In this document: piece by piece, positions 19,490 through 28,902 of the stretch
How the letters are laid out: each line of letters opens with the position of its first letter
Position numbering within the stretch: position 1 is the stretch's first letter
Source: an archaeon
GTDB lineage: Archaea > Asgardarchaeota > Thorarchaeia > Thorarchaeales > Thorarchaeaceae
Length of the DNA stretch: 64,000 bases
Reading direction: 5' to 3'
NCBI GenBank assembly: GCA_024276825.1
Contig: JAJRWI010000007.1
Location: forward strand, 1 to 64,000
Notes under the pieces: generated by a model
Databases searched by the model: none
What the model saw: only the letters and a program-made list of their open reading frames with translations
What the model was told of the DNA's origin: nothing
Program-made: the position numbers and the translations under genes

Positions 19490-20767
19490 TTACAGTGTTT
19501 CAGGCGTGTTTGAATGACTCAGTGGCGATTCATCATCCTTCAATAGTTTTGGAATATAACTCGGCAGACCTATGGCACCTACTATTGCCCCTGCAAAGGA
19601 TGCAGCTGCTGCGACAATTAATCCCTCGGTGCTCGTGTTATACATATCATAAAGAACACCTCCGAGCAAAGGTGAAACGACATAGGCACCATTACTGATT
19701 GCTCCAAACATGCCCATGATTGATCCATAATGCTCCTTGTCGGTCAGATCTGCAATCAATGCTTGGATAGTTGGGCCCCTCATGGAAATAGCAATTGCAA
19801 GAACACTGCCTGCAACAATGAAGTCCACAGTATCGCCAGAAACAAGGAAGAACAACAATGAAATCGTTCCCACAACTGATCCAGCAACTATCAACCACTT
19901 TCGACCAGAAGTATCAGAGATCTTTCCAAAGGCCACATTTCCAACTATCATGACAAGTCCGAGCACACCAAAGAAGATACCAATCTCTATGGGTGTGATG
20001 CCAAATCGTTCAACTGCATCTAATACAAATGCCACTTCTAGTATGCCCATTGCGAACATGTTTGCAAACATTGCAATGCCAAGAGCAGAATATGCCTTTG
20101 TATTATTTGAGATGACCTTACGGACAGATATCTTTGGTCTATCCCCATAAGCTGCAGTTCGGTGTTTAGGCTCGGAGACCAGTACAAGGATTGCCATAAA
20201 GGTCCCGAGAGTTATGACAGCTGCGACTATGAAGGGGAGCCGAATACCCAAGAATTGAGCTAGGACACCTCCAATTGTTGGACCTATTATAAAACCAACC
20301 ATGTTTCCCATACTGAGATAGCCCATTGCAGTGCCTCTGTTCTCAGGAACTGTCATATCAGATACAAATGCATTAGCCGCAGGAAAGAAACCAGCAGAAA
20401 CAGCACCTTCGAGAGCACGCGCTAGGATCATGACAATGATATTTGATGCAAACGCATAGACCACATTTGCAAAGGCAAAGCCTATCATGGACCCCAATAG
20501 AACTGGGCGTCTTCCAACTTTGTCAGAGAGACCTCCAAAAGGGCCCGCAAGTAGAATTCGAGTTATGGCGAATGAGGCTGCAAGGACTCCAAGTTCAGTA
20601 CCACCCACACCAAGCGCAACGATGTAATAGGGAAAGATAGGAGTCACTATTCCAAAGCCAATTTGCAGAATGCTCAGAGAAAAGGCCAACATCCAGACCT
20701 GATGCATACCCTCTTGCCGGTCTATTTCAGCAATATCATTATTTGGAGAGTATGTTTCAGTCTGCAT
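19490..20767 (-). CDS. MFS transporter (DHA1/TetA-like)
   Basis: GGLSDKVGRRP motif A, ARALEG, GPTIGG and GKISDTSGRK; about 12 TM helices. Confidence 0.88.
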   Translation of the reverse strand: MQTETYSPNNDIAEIDRQEGMHQVWMLAFSLSILQIGFGIVTPIFPYYIVALGVGGTELGVLAASFAITRILLAGPFGGLSDKVGRRPVLLGSMIGFAFANVVYAFASNIIVMILARALEGAVSAGFFPAANAFVSDMTVPENRGTAMGYLSMGNMVGFIIGPTIGGVLAQFLGIRLPFIVAAVITLGTFMAILVLVSEPKHRTAAYGDRPKISVRKVISNNTKAYSALGIAMFANMFAMGILEVAFVLDAVERFGITPIEIGIFFGVLGLVMIVGNVAFGKISDTSGRKWLIVAGSVVGTISLLFFLVSGDTVDFIVAGSVLAIAISMRGPTIQALIADLTDKEHYGSIMGMFGAISNGAYVVSPLLGGVLYDMYNTSTEGLIVAAAASFAGAIVGAIGLPSYIPKLLKDDESPLSHSNTPETL

Positions 20768-20825
20768 GAAAAACCCTCGAAAACAAGATTTGAGTGGTCT
20801 TTTTAGGCATTGCTGACGGGGTAAT

Positions 20826-21341
20826 TTATTTTTCAATTATCACTTTGCTGACACCATCTATCTCAGTCAGGATCTCAATTACAGATCCAGGGAGTGGGTC
20901 CTCCGTAATGACTTTCAGACAGGGCTCCTTGTAAATTGCAACATCTTCTGCCACAACCTGTCGTATGGTTATTCCATGTCCTGCAATGGTCGCAGTGACT
21001 CGAGAGAGAATCCCAGGGGTTTCTGGTGACTCCACAAAGATTGTGACAACGCCATATCCGAAGATCTTGCTGACTTTCTCCAACGAACTGCCTGCAGGTC
21101 GGAGTAGTCTAAAGAACTCATAGAGATCTGGATGTTCCCAGATAACTTCGGTTGTAGCACGAACCGTCCTGCGGTCAACTTTTGGTGACAACGAGTCGCC
21201 AATGGACTTGAGTGGAATTCTTATGTTGCCACACTTTACTATGCCAGGACCCTCTATATGAAACCCATGGCGAATCAAGGTTTCAGCAATCTTAAGACGT
21301 TGTGGAGAGTCTTTGAAACACTCCACAATTTGCTTCCACAT
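20826..21341 (-). CDS. ACT-domain protein, predicted regulator of amino-acid metabolism (COG2150-like)
   Basis: MW..I...F...P, VDRRTV and a C-terminal PGILSRV...IA..GITIRQ ACT motif. Confidence 0.75.
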   Translation of the reverse strand: MWKQIVECFKDSPQRLKIAETLIRHGFHIEGPGIVKCGNIRIPLKSIGDSLSPKVDRRTVRATTEVIWEHPDLYEFFRLLRPAGSSLEKVSKIFGYGVVTIFVESPETPGILSRVTATIAGHGITIRQVVAEDVAIYKEPCLKVITEDPLPGSVIEILTEIDGVSKVIIEK

Positions 21342-21437
21342 CGCATACTACTCCTTTCAGTCCCTTTTATATCATCATGCCGCATATTATTTCTTTGGCT
21401 TTGCTGAATGAATGCAACAAGTTGGAGATGTGACCAT

Positions 21438-21743
21438 ATGGGAGAATCATACAAGGTGATAGCAGAGGTGTTTGAGATCAGATCTGAGCCTGGCAAGCAG
21501 CCATGTTCTCTATACTCAATAGGTGATAAGTTCGACCTTTCGGATATGGAAGACAGAGCAAAACTCTGCCACTGGGCATTTCATTCAATGTTGCCATTCT
21601 GGTCAGTATTGCGGTTTGGTGGCACTCTACCTTGGGAACCAGATCCCGATGTGGCCTATGTGGCATGTCCAGACCCGAACAACGTGGTTGTTTTTAAGCT
21701 CTCACGAACTCGGGAACAAGAAGAGAAGGCGAAAGATGAATGA
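21438..21743 (+). CDS. TIGR04076 family protein
   Basis: C..Y..GDKF, C.WAF..M.P, L.FGG.LPW and ACPDP motifs. Confidence 0.8.
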   Translation: MGESYKVIAEVFEIRSEPGKQPCSLYSIGDKFDLSDMEDRAKLCHWAFHSMLPFWSVLRFGGTLPWEPDPDVAYVACPDPNNVVVFKLSRTREQEEKAKDE

Positions 21744-21794
21744 TTGCCCGTAGAGCTCTGCGGAGATGATGCAATCTCAATTGAAGTGATCTGG

Positions 21795-23846
21795 ATGAGT
21801 GATAATGTACAGAGAATTTTGGCCAAGCTAGAAGTGTATCCTGTTCATAAACTCAGTTTCAACATTCTTTGTTCTTGCCTCAAGTCTTTGCAAGAATCAC
21901 TCAATATTAATGATCTCAACGAGTTCACATCTACTGACATACCAATTCTCACAGGACTCTCAAGACTTAATGATATTGATTTCCACATCATATCTAATGA
22001 GATGAAGAGGTCGATTCCTATCAAGCAATGTCAGAATCAAGTACAGAAGTTGCTCTCGCAGGAGGATCGGAAACGCTTTGCTGCTTTCTTCACCAGATCA
22101 AAAGGCACAAGTTTCATGGCACAAGTAGTAGCGAAGTACATCGAAACAGAGAAGAGAAGTCAGGTCATAATCGCCGATCCATTTTTGGGGTCTGGACAAA
22201 CACTTACAGAGGCAGTGGGGTACATTGGCATAAATCGAATCAAGAGTGTATGGGGAATTGAGCCAGTTTCACTGTCTGCTCTAGTGGCATATGCTGCACT
22301 GATGAAGCAGTTTGATGGCAGAGGAAGTGCTGTCAACATAAATGTGGGAGATGCATTCGAGATACTGAGCAGTAATGGAAGTTCAAGAGTTGGCTATTCA
22401 GCAGATGTCATCCTTACCAATCCTCCCTTTACTAGAGGGCAATATCTCGACAGGGATTACCGCAGGTTCCTACTATCAACGGTGAGGAGTCTGGGCTATG
22501 GCAAATACCTTGCGCGTCGTGATACGAGTCTACAGATCCTGTCAATGTTTCTTGCAGATCATATTCTAGGGGACAAGGGGCTTCTTGTTTCTGTCCTTCC
22601 AGCATCCACATTCTACACGCTCTCTGGTCGTGGACTGAAGAAAATGCTTGGACAAGAATATTGCATTCATTCAATAGTTGGGACAGACTCACAAACATCA
22701 TTCTCTGAAGACAGCGGCTTCAAAGAAGTCATTCTGATTGCGACCAAGGGGCATACTGGGAAGAATAAAACATTATTCGCAAATCTTAACGAGAACACCA
22801 AATTCCTTGTCAACGAGCTATTTGATGTTCAAAGCAGGTCACTCCATCAAAGAGTTGACCTCAACAACATTTCGAGATTCTTTTACAATAACTGGATTGT
22901 CTTCTTGAATGACTCAGGACTGGTCAACATAATCAATGATTTATTCATTCAGGGACTAGAATCGGGCACACTCGGCTATTGGAGTGAGATCTTGAATCGC
23001 GGCAGCATAATCAGAGGAGTGGAGATGTATGGCCCAGAGTTCTTTTTCATCCCAAACAAGTTCTGGTCCATTAGTGGAGCGACCAAGAAGTATATAGAAA
23101 TATTCAATCCTGCTGAAAGAGTCAAACTTGCAATTGATAGAAGATATCTAGTGCGAGCATTGCGAAAACCCAGTCTTTATGCAATGACCATGACTGCAAA
23201 AGTGGAGTCGTTCATGCTTTCATTGCCGGAAGTGTCAATGGCACGATTTCCTTCGGATATTCAACAGTATATCAAATGGGGAGTCAGATCAGGAACTGCG
23301 AGCCCTGCAATAGTAAACTATGGAGAGTATTGGTACAGTCATGTCCATCGGCAGATGATGACAAAGCAACCTTTTGGTCAGCTGTTCTTCCCAGACAAGG
23401 TGGACATCAAGTTCAAGAGGAGAGGAGTGTTTGCGAACTTCACACAAGACAACATTGCTGCATCTAAAAATTTCTATATAGTAAAAAATCAATATATTGA
23501 TCAGACAAGATTGTTGTTGGCATGGTTCAATAGCACATTCTTCTTGGCCAGTCTTCTCGTGCTTGGAAGAAATATATCAAGAACATGGACACGCTTGTTA
23601 ATCAATGACTATATGGAACTGCCAGTGATCAATGTGAAGTCGATTGCCGCTGAGAAAATGAGGGATATCATCGATTGTATTGATACTATGGTATCTGCTG
23701 AACTCTCACCTTTTTGGGAGCAGATCGATAGTGAATATCGTACAAACATGGACATTGCAATTGCAAAGGCGATTGGAGTGAGGGATCCAAGGAGCCTTGT
23801 CAAGCGATTATATGGAGGATTAAGAAGGTGGAGAGAGAACAACTAG
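21795..23846 (+). CDS. N6-adenine DNA methyltransferase (gamma class, Eco57I/TaqI-like) with C-terminal target-recognition region
   Basis: AFFT, motif I DPFLGSG, motif IV LTNPPF, and C-terminal LLAWFNS..F. Confidence 0.82.
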   Translation: MSDNVQRILAKLEVYPVHKLSFNILCSCLKSLQESLNINDLNEFTSTDIPILTGLSRLNDIDFHIISNEMKRSIPIKQCQNQVQKLLSQEDRKRFAAFFTRSKGTSFMAQVVAKYIETEKRSQVIIADPFLGSGQTLTEAVGYIGINRIKSVWGIEPVSLSALVAYAALMKQFDGRGSAVNINVGDAFEILSSNGSSRVGYSADVILTNPPFTRGQYLDRDYRRFLLSTVRSLGYGKYLARRDTSLQILSMFLADHILGDKGLLVSVLPASTFYTLSGRGLKKMLGQEYCIHSIVGTDSQTSFSEDSGFKEVILIATKGHTGKNKTLFANLNENTKFLVNELFDVQSRSLHQRVDLNNISRFFYNNWIVFLNDSGLVNIINDLFIQGLESGTLGYWSEILNRGSIIRGVEMYGPEFFFIPNKFWSISGATKKYIEIFNPAERVKLAIDRRYLVRALRKPSLYAMTMTAKVESFMLSLPEVSMARFPSDIQQYIKWGVRSGTASPAIVNYGEYWYSHVHRQMMTKQPFGQLFFPDKVDIKFKRRGVFANFTQDNIAASKNFYIVKNQYIDQTRLLLAWFNSTFFLASLLVLGRNISRTWTRLLINDYMELPVINVKSIAAEKMRDIIDCIDTMVSAELSPFWEQIDSEYRTNMDIAIAKAIGVRDPRSLVKRLYGGLRRWRENN

Positions 23847-24415
23847 TGGAGGAGTTTCTCCATTAGAACTTCATCAATATAGTCGTGGGGCATTTTGAAG
23901 TGCTTCTTTCTGATTCCCACAAAGCGATAGCCCATTGACTCGTAAAGTCGTCTTGCAATCATATTGTCTTCGAATGTGGACAGGATTATTTTCTCATAGT
24001 CCATTTCACGTGCGAATTCTTCTGCACATTGCATAAGAGCCCGACCAACACCAATGCATCTGAAGTCTTTCATCACAACAATTCCGAGACGGGCAACATG
24101 CTTTGATGCCATCCATTCTTCAGGCTGCAATGATAGATGTCCGACATATTCGCCATCAATCATAGCCTTGAGAATCACTTCACGGCGAAAATGGGTCTGT
24201 TGAATCCATCGAGTCCAGTCATCCACATTTGAATTGGGCTTCAAGACTGGAAGCCAACGACGTTCTCCGACTACAGAGTTGAATCCGTTGTAAAGAACCT
24301 CTGCATCATTGACAGTGGCGCGTCTGATTATGACTGTTCGACCATCTTTTGTGGAATATTCCCATTCTCTCATCAACTCAGCGCTCCAATTCTGGACATT
24401 ACTTGAGAACTTCAA
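23843..24415 (-). CDS. GNAT family N-acetyltransferase
   Basis: FRCIGVGRALM, N..A.RLYES.GY and DEVLM; true start may be ATG 24373. Confidence 0.85.
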   Translation of the reverse strand: MKFSSNVQNWSAELMREWEYSTKDGRTVIIRRATVNDAEVLYNGFNSVVGERRWLPVLKPNSNVDDWTRWIQQTHFRREVILKAMIDGEYVGHLSLQPEEWMASKHVARLGIVVMKDFRCIGVGRALMQCAEEFAREMDYEKIILSTFEDNMIARRLYESMGYRFVGIRKKHFKMPHDYIDEVLMEKLLH

Positions 24416-25235
24416 CTCTTTTCAATGGGCTGACATCAATCCTCTCGCCTGGTCGAGGTAGGGAACAAGCATAAACGCTATCAAGTTGGATGTATGCACT
24501 GTTATCATCAATAATCCTGAAAGTGCCTTTGACTTGAAACACTTGAGGCTCCATGGTGACAAGAAGTACCGCAACATGTTGTCCATCCTTCAGTGAATAT
24601 CCCCTTCGTTTCTCCTCTCCCCTGTTGACCACTAGGGCATTCGGTGCTGCTGATACCATCCCCATACAGGGCATTGCAACAGGATATCCATCATCATCTA
24701 TGAATGCGAGGACCTTGACAGCAGCCATCATGTCAAACCGCTTTCTCACATTGAGTGGCAAGTTGCCTTCTTCGGTTGGAGAGACCCTGACTTTTGATCT
24801 GGCCCTCTTGGCCTTCAAATATGAAGAAAGGATTGGGAGCTTGCAGATTCTCAAGTTATTACTGGCCCAGACTGCATCGGCCACACCAGCTGCTCGTGCA
24901 TTGGTATACTGACTATATCTAAAGAGGGGAGTCATCGCCATAAACTCATAATACTCGTCATTACGGTGGAACGACTCAAAGTCTGCCTTGATCAACCAAT
25001 TGTCAAGGTCTAGGGTCATAACGAGAATTGACATCTTTATGTTTCCAGCTTCAAGATTCTTGCGAGTCTTGTAGGTCATGAAGTCTCCATACACAAGCCT
25101 GTCCTTCTCATAGACATCCCAAGACATCACCAATGCCACATTGGGCTCATCATTACTATCCTTGGTGACCATGAATTTGGGATTCTCAAAAACCTTCAGG
25201 GCTCTGGCCAGATCTTCTATTATCACATTAGCCAC
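24399..25235 (-). CDS. Tandem pyridoxamine-5'-phosphate-oxidase-like (FMN-binding split barrel) protein
   Basis: Two related halves: KFMVTKDSNDEPNVA...KTRKNL and KVLAFIDDDGYPVA...FQVKGT...YACSLP.PG.RI. Confidence 0.65.
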   Translation of the reverse strand: MANVIIEDLARALKVFENPKFMVTKDSNDEPNVALVMSWDVYEKDRLVYGDFMTYKTRKNLEAGNIKMSILVMTLDLDNWLIKADFESFHRNDEYYEFMAMTPLFRYSQYTNARAAGVADAVWASNNLRICKLPILSSYLKAKRARSKVRVSPTEEGNLPLNVRKRFDMMAAVKVLAFIDDDGYPVAMPCMGMVSAAPNALVVNRGEEKRRGYSLKDGQHVAVLLVTMEPQVFQVKGTFRIIDDNSAYIQLDSVYACSLPRPGERIDVSPLKRVEVLK

Positions 25236-26202
25236 ATTTAGTCACCTCCATTTTTGGTGAGGACTGCTCATTATCATCTCTCTGAGTCATCCCGGACCAG
25301 TGAACATTCTTTACTCCAGCATCTCGTGCAATCAGTGATAGGTGTTCCATCACTTCCCTTGATATCAATGGAGCATCCTTCAGGAGGTAGGTGGTATCAA
25401 AGAGAGTATACTTGTCGATGCACATATTGTTGAATGCAAGGAGGTCATAACGTTCAACATTGGGCAGACTGCTGACTATGAACTCTGCAATAGCACGAAT
25501 ATTATCAATGTTATCAGTATGATCAGGAATGATTGGTGTTCGTATCCACATCGGTATGCCAGATTCAGCAATCACCTTGGCATTCTCTAGAATTCGCTCA
25601 TTAGGAACTCCAGTATGCTTCTCATGCAAGGCGGAGTCCATGATCTTCAAGTCATAAAGTACCAAGTCAAAATGTGGAAGGGCTCTTCGAAGGACTAACT
25701 CGCTATAATATCCACAAGTGTCGAGTGCTACATGAATCCCTAGTTTCTTCAGACCCTCAGCCACTTCTATTACAAAATCTGGCTGATATAGAGGCTCACC
25801 ACCTGACAGCGTTACTCCGCCATTAGAGGTCTCGAAGAAGATGGCGTCTCGTGCCAGCTCCTCAACCAAGTCCTCTGCAGCCCATTCTTGACCCATGAGT
25901 TCCATTGCCGTTGTAGGACAGACCTCGACGCAAGTGCCACACACTTTGCATCTGATGCGATCAACCTTCATTCCATCCTTTGTGAGTTCCAATGCATTCT
26001 CGGGACAAGACCTCACACATGCTTGGTCGCCGATGCAACGAGTACTGTGCCAGATTATGATTGGGTCCGCATTGATAGTTTCAATGTTATGGCACCAGAC
26101 GCATCTTAGGGGACAACCTTTTAGGAAAGCGGTCGTTCGGATCCCCGGACCGTCCTCTGTTGAGCATCGTTGGATATTCGTAATCAGGCCTTTTGCTGTC
26201 AT
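25228..26202 (-). CDS. Glycyl-radical enzyme activating enzyme (radical SAM with ferredoxin-like insert)
   Basis: DGPGIRT..FLKGCPLRCVWCHN, insert CIGDQACVRSC/CKVCGTCVEVC, GGVTLSGGEP. Confidence 0.95.
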   Translation of the reverse strand: MTAKGLITNIQRCSTEDGPGIRTTAFLKGCPLRCVWCHNIETINADPIIIWHSTRCIGDQACVRSCPENALELTKDGMKVDRIRCKVCGTCVEVCPTTAMELMGQEWAAEDLVEELARDAIFFETSNGGVTLSGGEPLYQPDFVIEVAEGLKKLGIHVALDTCGYYSELVLRRALPHFDLVLYDLKIMDSALHEKHTGVPNERILENAKVIAESGIPMWIRTPIIPDHTDNIDNIRAIAEFIVSSLPNVERYDLLAFNNMCIDKYTLFDTTYLLKDAPLISREVMEHLSLIARDAGVKNVHWSGMTQRDDNEQSSPKMEVTKCG

Positions 26203-28667
26203 TAGAGTTTATGCTCCGTTCTAGCGATTATCTCCTCTTGAAGTTCTCTTCCAATTTGAGTGAAGAAGGCATTATAGCCAGTGACTCTGACCAAGAGGTT
26301 GGAATATGAGTCGGGGTCTTTCTGCGCAGCACGGAGGGTCTTGGCATCGATTATGTTGATCTGAAGAGCAGTTCCACCAGCTTCGCCATAGGCCCTCAAT
26401 AGTGCTGCTAATTTAGCGATATGCTCAGGGGTCTTGACCATTGATGGACTGAGGGTTATAGTATGTGATGCACCATTGGGCACCGTTTCAAGGCCGAGTT
26501 TACCAACCGATCGAATGGAAGCCGTGGGCCCCTTCATATCCATTCCTTGCACAGCACCAACACCGCCTGAGAGGTATTCTCCACGTCGTCGGCCATCAGG
26601 TGTTGCCGCTGTAAGAGGTGCAAGAGGGATGAAGTAGTTCCAGCTCAGGTATCCTGCACGATAACGCCTGCCAGTGTAGGGGTTCTTGTGCTTGAAGGTT
26701 TCAGTTGCCCAGAACATGGAAAGGTGTCTTGTGACCTCATCTGCATAATCATCGTCATTGCCAAACTTGGGAGCCTTATTTCTGAGCATCTGACGGATCT
26801 CCTCATAGCCCTCATAGTTGGCCTTGATTGCATTCAGTAGTTCTTCCATTGTGATCTTCTTATCTTCATAGACCAACTTCTTGACTGCAGTGACCGAGTC
26901 TGCGAGAGTAGCTATCCCCATGCCTTCAAGAGTGATGAAGTTCCAGTCTGTTCCGCCCTCATTAACATCCTTGCCACGCTCAGCACAACCATCCATCAGC
27001 GCACTGAGATATGGGGTCGGCTGGTATTTAGCCCTCAGCGTATCAGCCTTGTTTCCACAGTCTACAAGGAGTTTGATCAGTGCCTTGAGTTGCTCTTCAA
27101 CAGCATTCAGGAACTGCCCGTAGTTCTCGAATTGAAGTGGGTCACCAGTCTTCGGCCCTATCTGTTCGCCGGTCTGCATGTCTTTACCATTATTGAGAGC
27201 AAGCTCGACTGCCTTGGCGAGATTGATGTTTACATCCACAGTCCCTGACCTATCGTTCCCTTGCATGGTGTTCTCCAGACAACCCACAATTCCATAGTTC
27301 CATGCCTGCTCTCTGGGAATGCCTTCCCAGACGAGACCCTCAATACTGTTCTCATCAAAATTCATCAGGAAGGGAGACCCTTGTGCCTTTGAGAGGACCT
27401 CTGCAACCCTGATGAGAAAGTCTTGTGGGGTGTTCTTATGGAGTCGAATGTTAGGCTTGGGCTCAAGTAGGTTCATCTCCTCAATCACCTCTAGAGCAAG
27501 CCATGTCAGATCATTGGTGAGGTCTTCGCCATTGGGTCCGCAACCACTGAGGGTCATCAGTTGCCCGAAGCTTGAATTAATACCTTGGTTTATCCCAAGT
27601 CGGCCCTGATAATCGTAAGCATAATTGTGTTTGATCCAATAACATTGAAGAAGCTCCTTCGCCTGCTCGCGAGTCAATTCACCTTTGTCGATACTACGCT
27701 TATAATAAGGATACATGTACTGGTCCCATCGACCATGAGAGAGCCCTGCTCCAGGATATGACTCTGCAGCCATGACCAGCATATGGGTCATCCAGAGTGA
27801 TTGGAGTGCCTCCCAGAAGGTTTCTGCCGGTTCCCATGGAACTTTTCGACAGATTCGGGCAATTTCAAGGAGTTCACTCTTCCTCTTCGAGTTGCTCTCT
27901 GATTCGGCGAGTTCCTCAGCTTTAGCGGCATATCTGAGGCTGAGGTCTCTTGCAGTCCTTAGACTGAGAATTAATGCATCAATGAATTCACGATGCTCCT
28001 TGGAAGTCTTGCGCCTCTTAATCTCCTCATATTCTTCAACAATACCTCGCATGCCCATTCTCAAGACCTTTGCATAGTTGGGAATCAGATGGCCAGGTGC
28101 AGCTGAAGCAGTTCCAACGCCAAGTCTTGCAAGACGGGCGGCCTCCTTGAACCACTTTTTCATCTCTTTGTTCCGGGCCTTTGCCTCATTCTTGTTAAGA
28201 GACCTTGAGAGTGCAGTATTGAAATGAAAACCAACAATGAGCTCACCATCTAGAATCTCAGTGGGCATGTAATGAACCATTGCCTCATAAAAGAAGATAG
28301 CACGTCGCATCGCCAGGTCATGTTCCCAGTAGTCCTCTGGAAGATCAACCTTCACTGCCATTGCTCTTAGCGAACCCTGAATTGATGTCATGAATTGATA
28401 TATCGCAGGCTCATTTGCCCAGTCATGAAGCGCATAGACATCATCCCATTCTGTACCTGTTGTGAATGCAAATGGCTCGTTCGTGATAGTCCGCTTGTCG
28501 AATGAATAGAACTGATCACGAAGTTTCTTCACACGCTCAGGCAATTTTTCAGATGGCGACCAGATCTGAACAGTTTGATCGTCAGTACCTTCAACGGTCA
28601 CATTGAACACTTCCAAGGGGAGTATTACATTGGAAAACAGGCTTTTAGGTGTAATTGTAAAGACCAA
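26202..28667 (-). CDS. Glycyl radical enzyme (non-PFL; substrate unknown)
   Basis: GR.DQY, single-Cys loop GCLEN, PKFGNDD, ATPDGR and Gly loop LLVRVTGY; start may be GTG 28601. Confidence 0.92.
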   Translation of the reverse strand: MVFTITPKSLFSNVILPLEVFNVTVEGTDDQTVQIWSPSEKLPERVKKLRDQFYSFDKRTITNEPFAFTTGTEWDDVYALHDWANEPAIYQFMTSIQGSLRAMAVKVDLPEDYWEHDLAMRRAIFFYEAMVHYMPTEILDGELIVGFHFNTALSRSLNKNEAKARNKEMKKWFKEAARLARLGVGTASAAPGHLIPNYAKVLRMGMRGIVEEYEEIKRRKTSKEHREFIDALILSLRTARDLSLRYAAKAEELAESESNSKRKSELLEIARICRKVPWEPAETFWEALQSLWMTHMLVMAAESYPGAGLSHGRWDQYMYPYYKRSIDKGELTREQAKELLQCYWIKHNYAYDYQGRLGINQGINSSFGQLMTLSGCGPNGEDLTNDLTWLALEVIEEMNLLEPKPNIRLHKNTPQDFLIRVAEVLSKAQGSPFLMNFDENSIEGLVWEGIPREQAWNYGIVGCLENTMQGNDRSGTVDVNINLAKAVELALNNGKDMQTGEQIGPKTGDPLQFENYGQFLNAVEEQLKALIKLLVDCGNKADTLRAKYQPTPYLSALMDGCAERGKDVNEGGTDWNFITLEGMGIATLADSVTAVKKLVYEDKKITMEELLNAIKANYEGYEEIRQMLRNKAPKFGNDDDYADEVTRHLSMFWATETFKHKNPYTGRRYRAGYLSWNYFIPLAPLTAATPDGRRRGEYLSGGVGAVQGMDMKGPTASIRSVGKLGLETVPNGASHTITLSPSMVKTPEHIAKLAALLRAYGEAGGTALQINIIDAKTLRAAQKDPDSYSNLLVRVTGYNAFFTQIGRELQEEIIARTEHKL

Positions 28668-28902
28668 CGTGGGCAGAAATCGGAACTGTGGATTTGATCA
28701 TTGGTGTGATGTTCGAAACGTGGGTACTTGCATGTGCGTATTATACTCGTTCATTCAGCAATTTTCGGAAATGCATTTACAATAATTATCAACCAGATAA
28801 TAGTTCGTACATCTGTGGTATAGACAATATCTTTAAAAAAGAGGCAAGACCTCTGGGCGTGCAACACACTGCCTTGAATAAGGGTTGCAGGATGATTGCA
28901 GA

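Noticed and set aside
21741-21746. TGA of the TIGR04076 gene followed in frame by the MTase ORF (possible selenocysteine readthrough)
   Set aside because: The TGA is not at a Cys-equivalent position, both proteins are complete unrelated families, and the MTase has its own ATG at 21795
26202-28667. Pyruvate formate-lyase call
   Set aside because: Single active-site Cys (GCLEN) rather than Cys-Cys, and the activase has a ferredoxin insert
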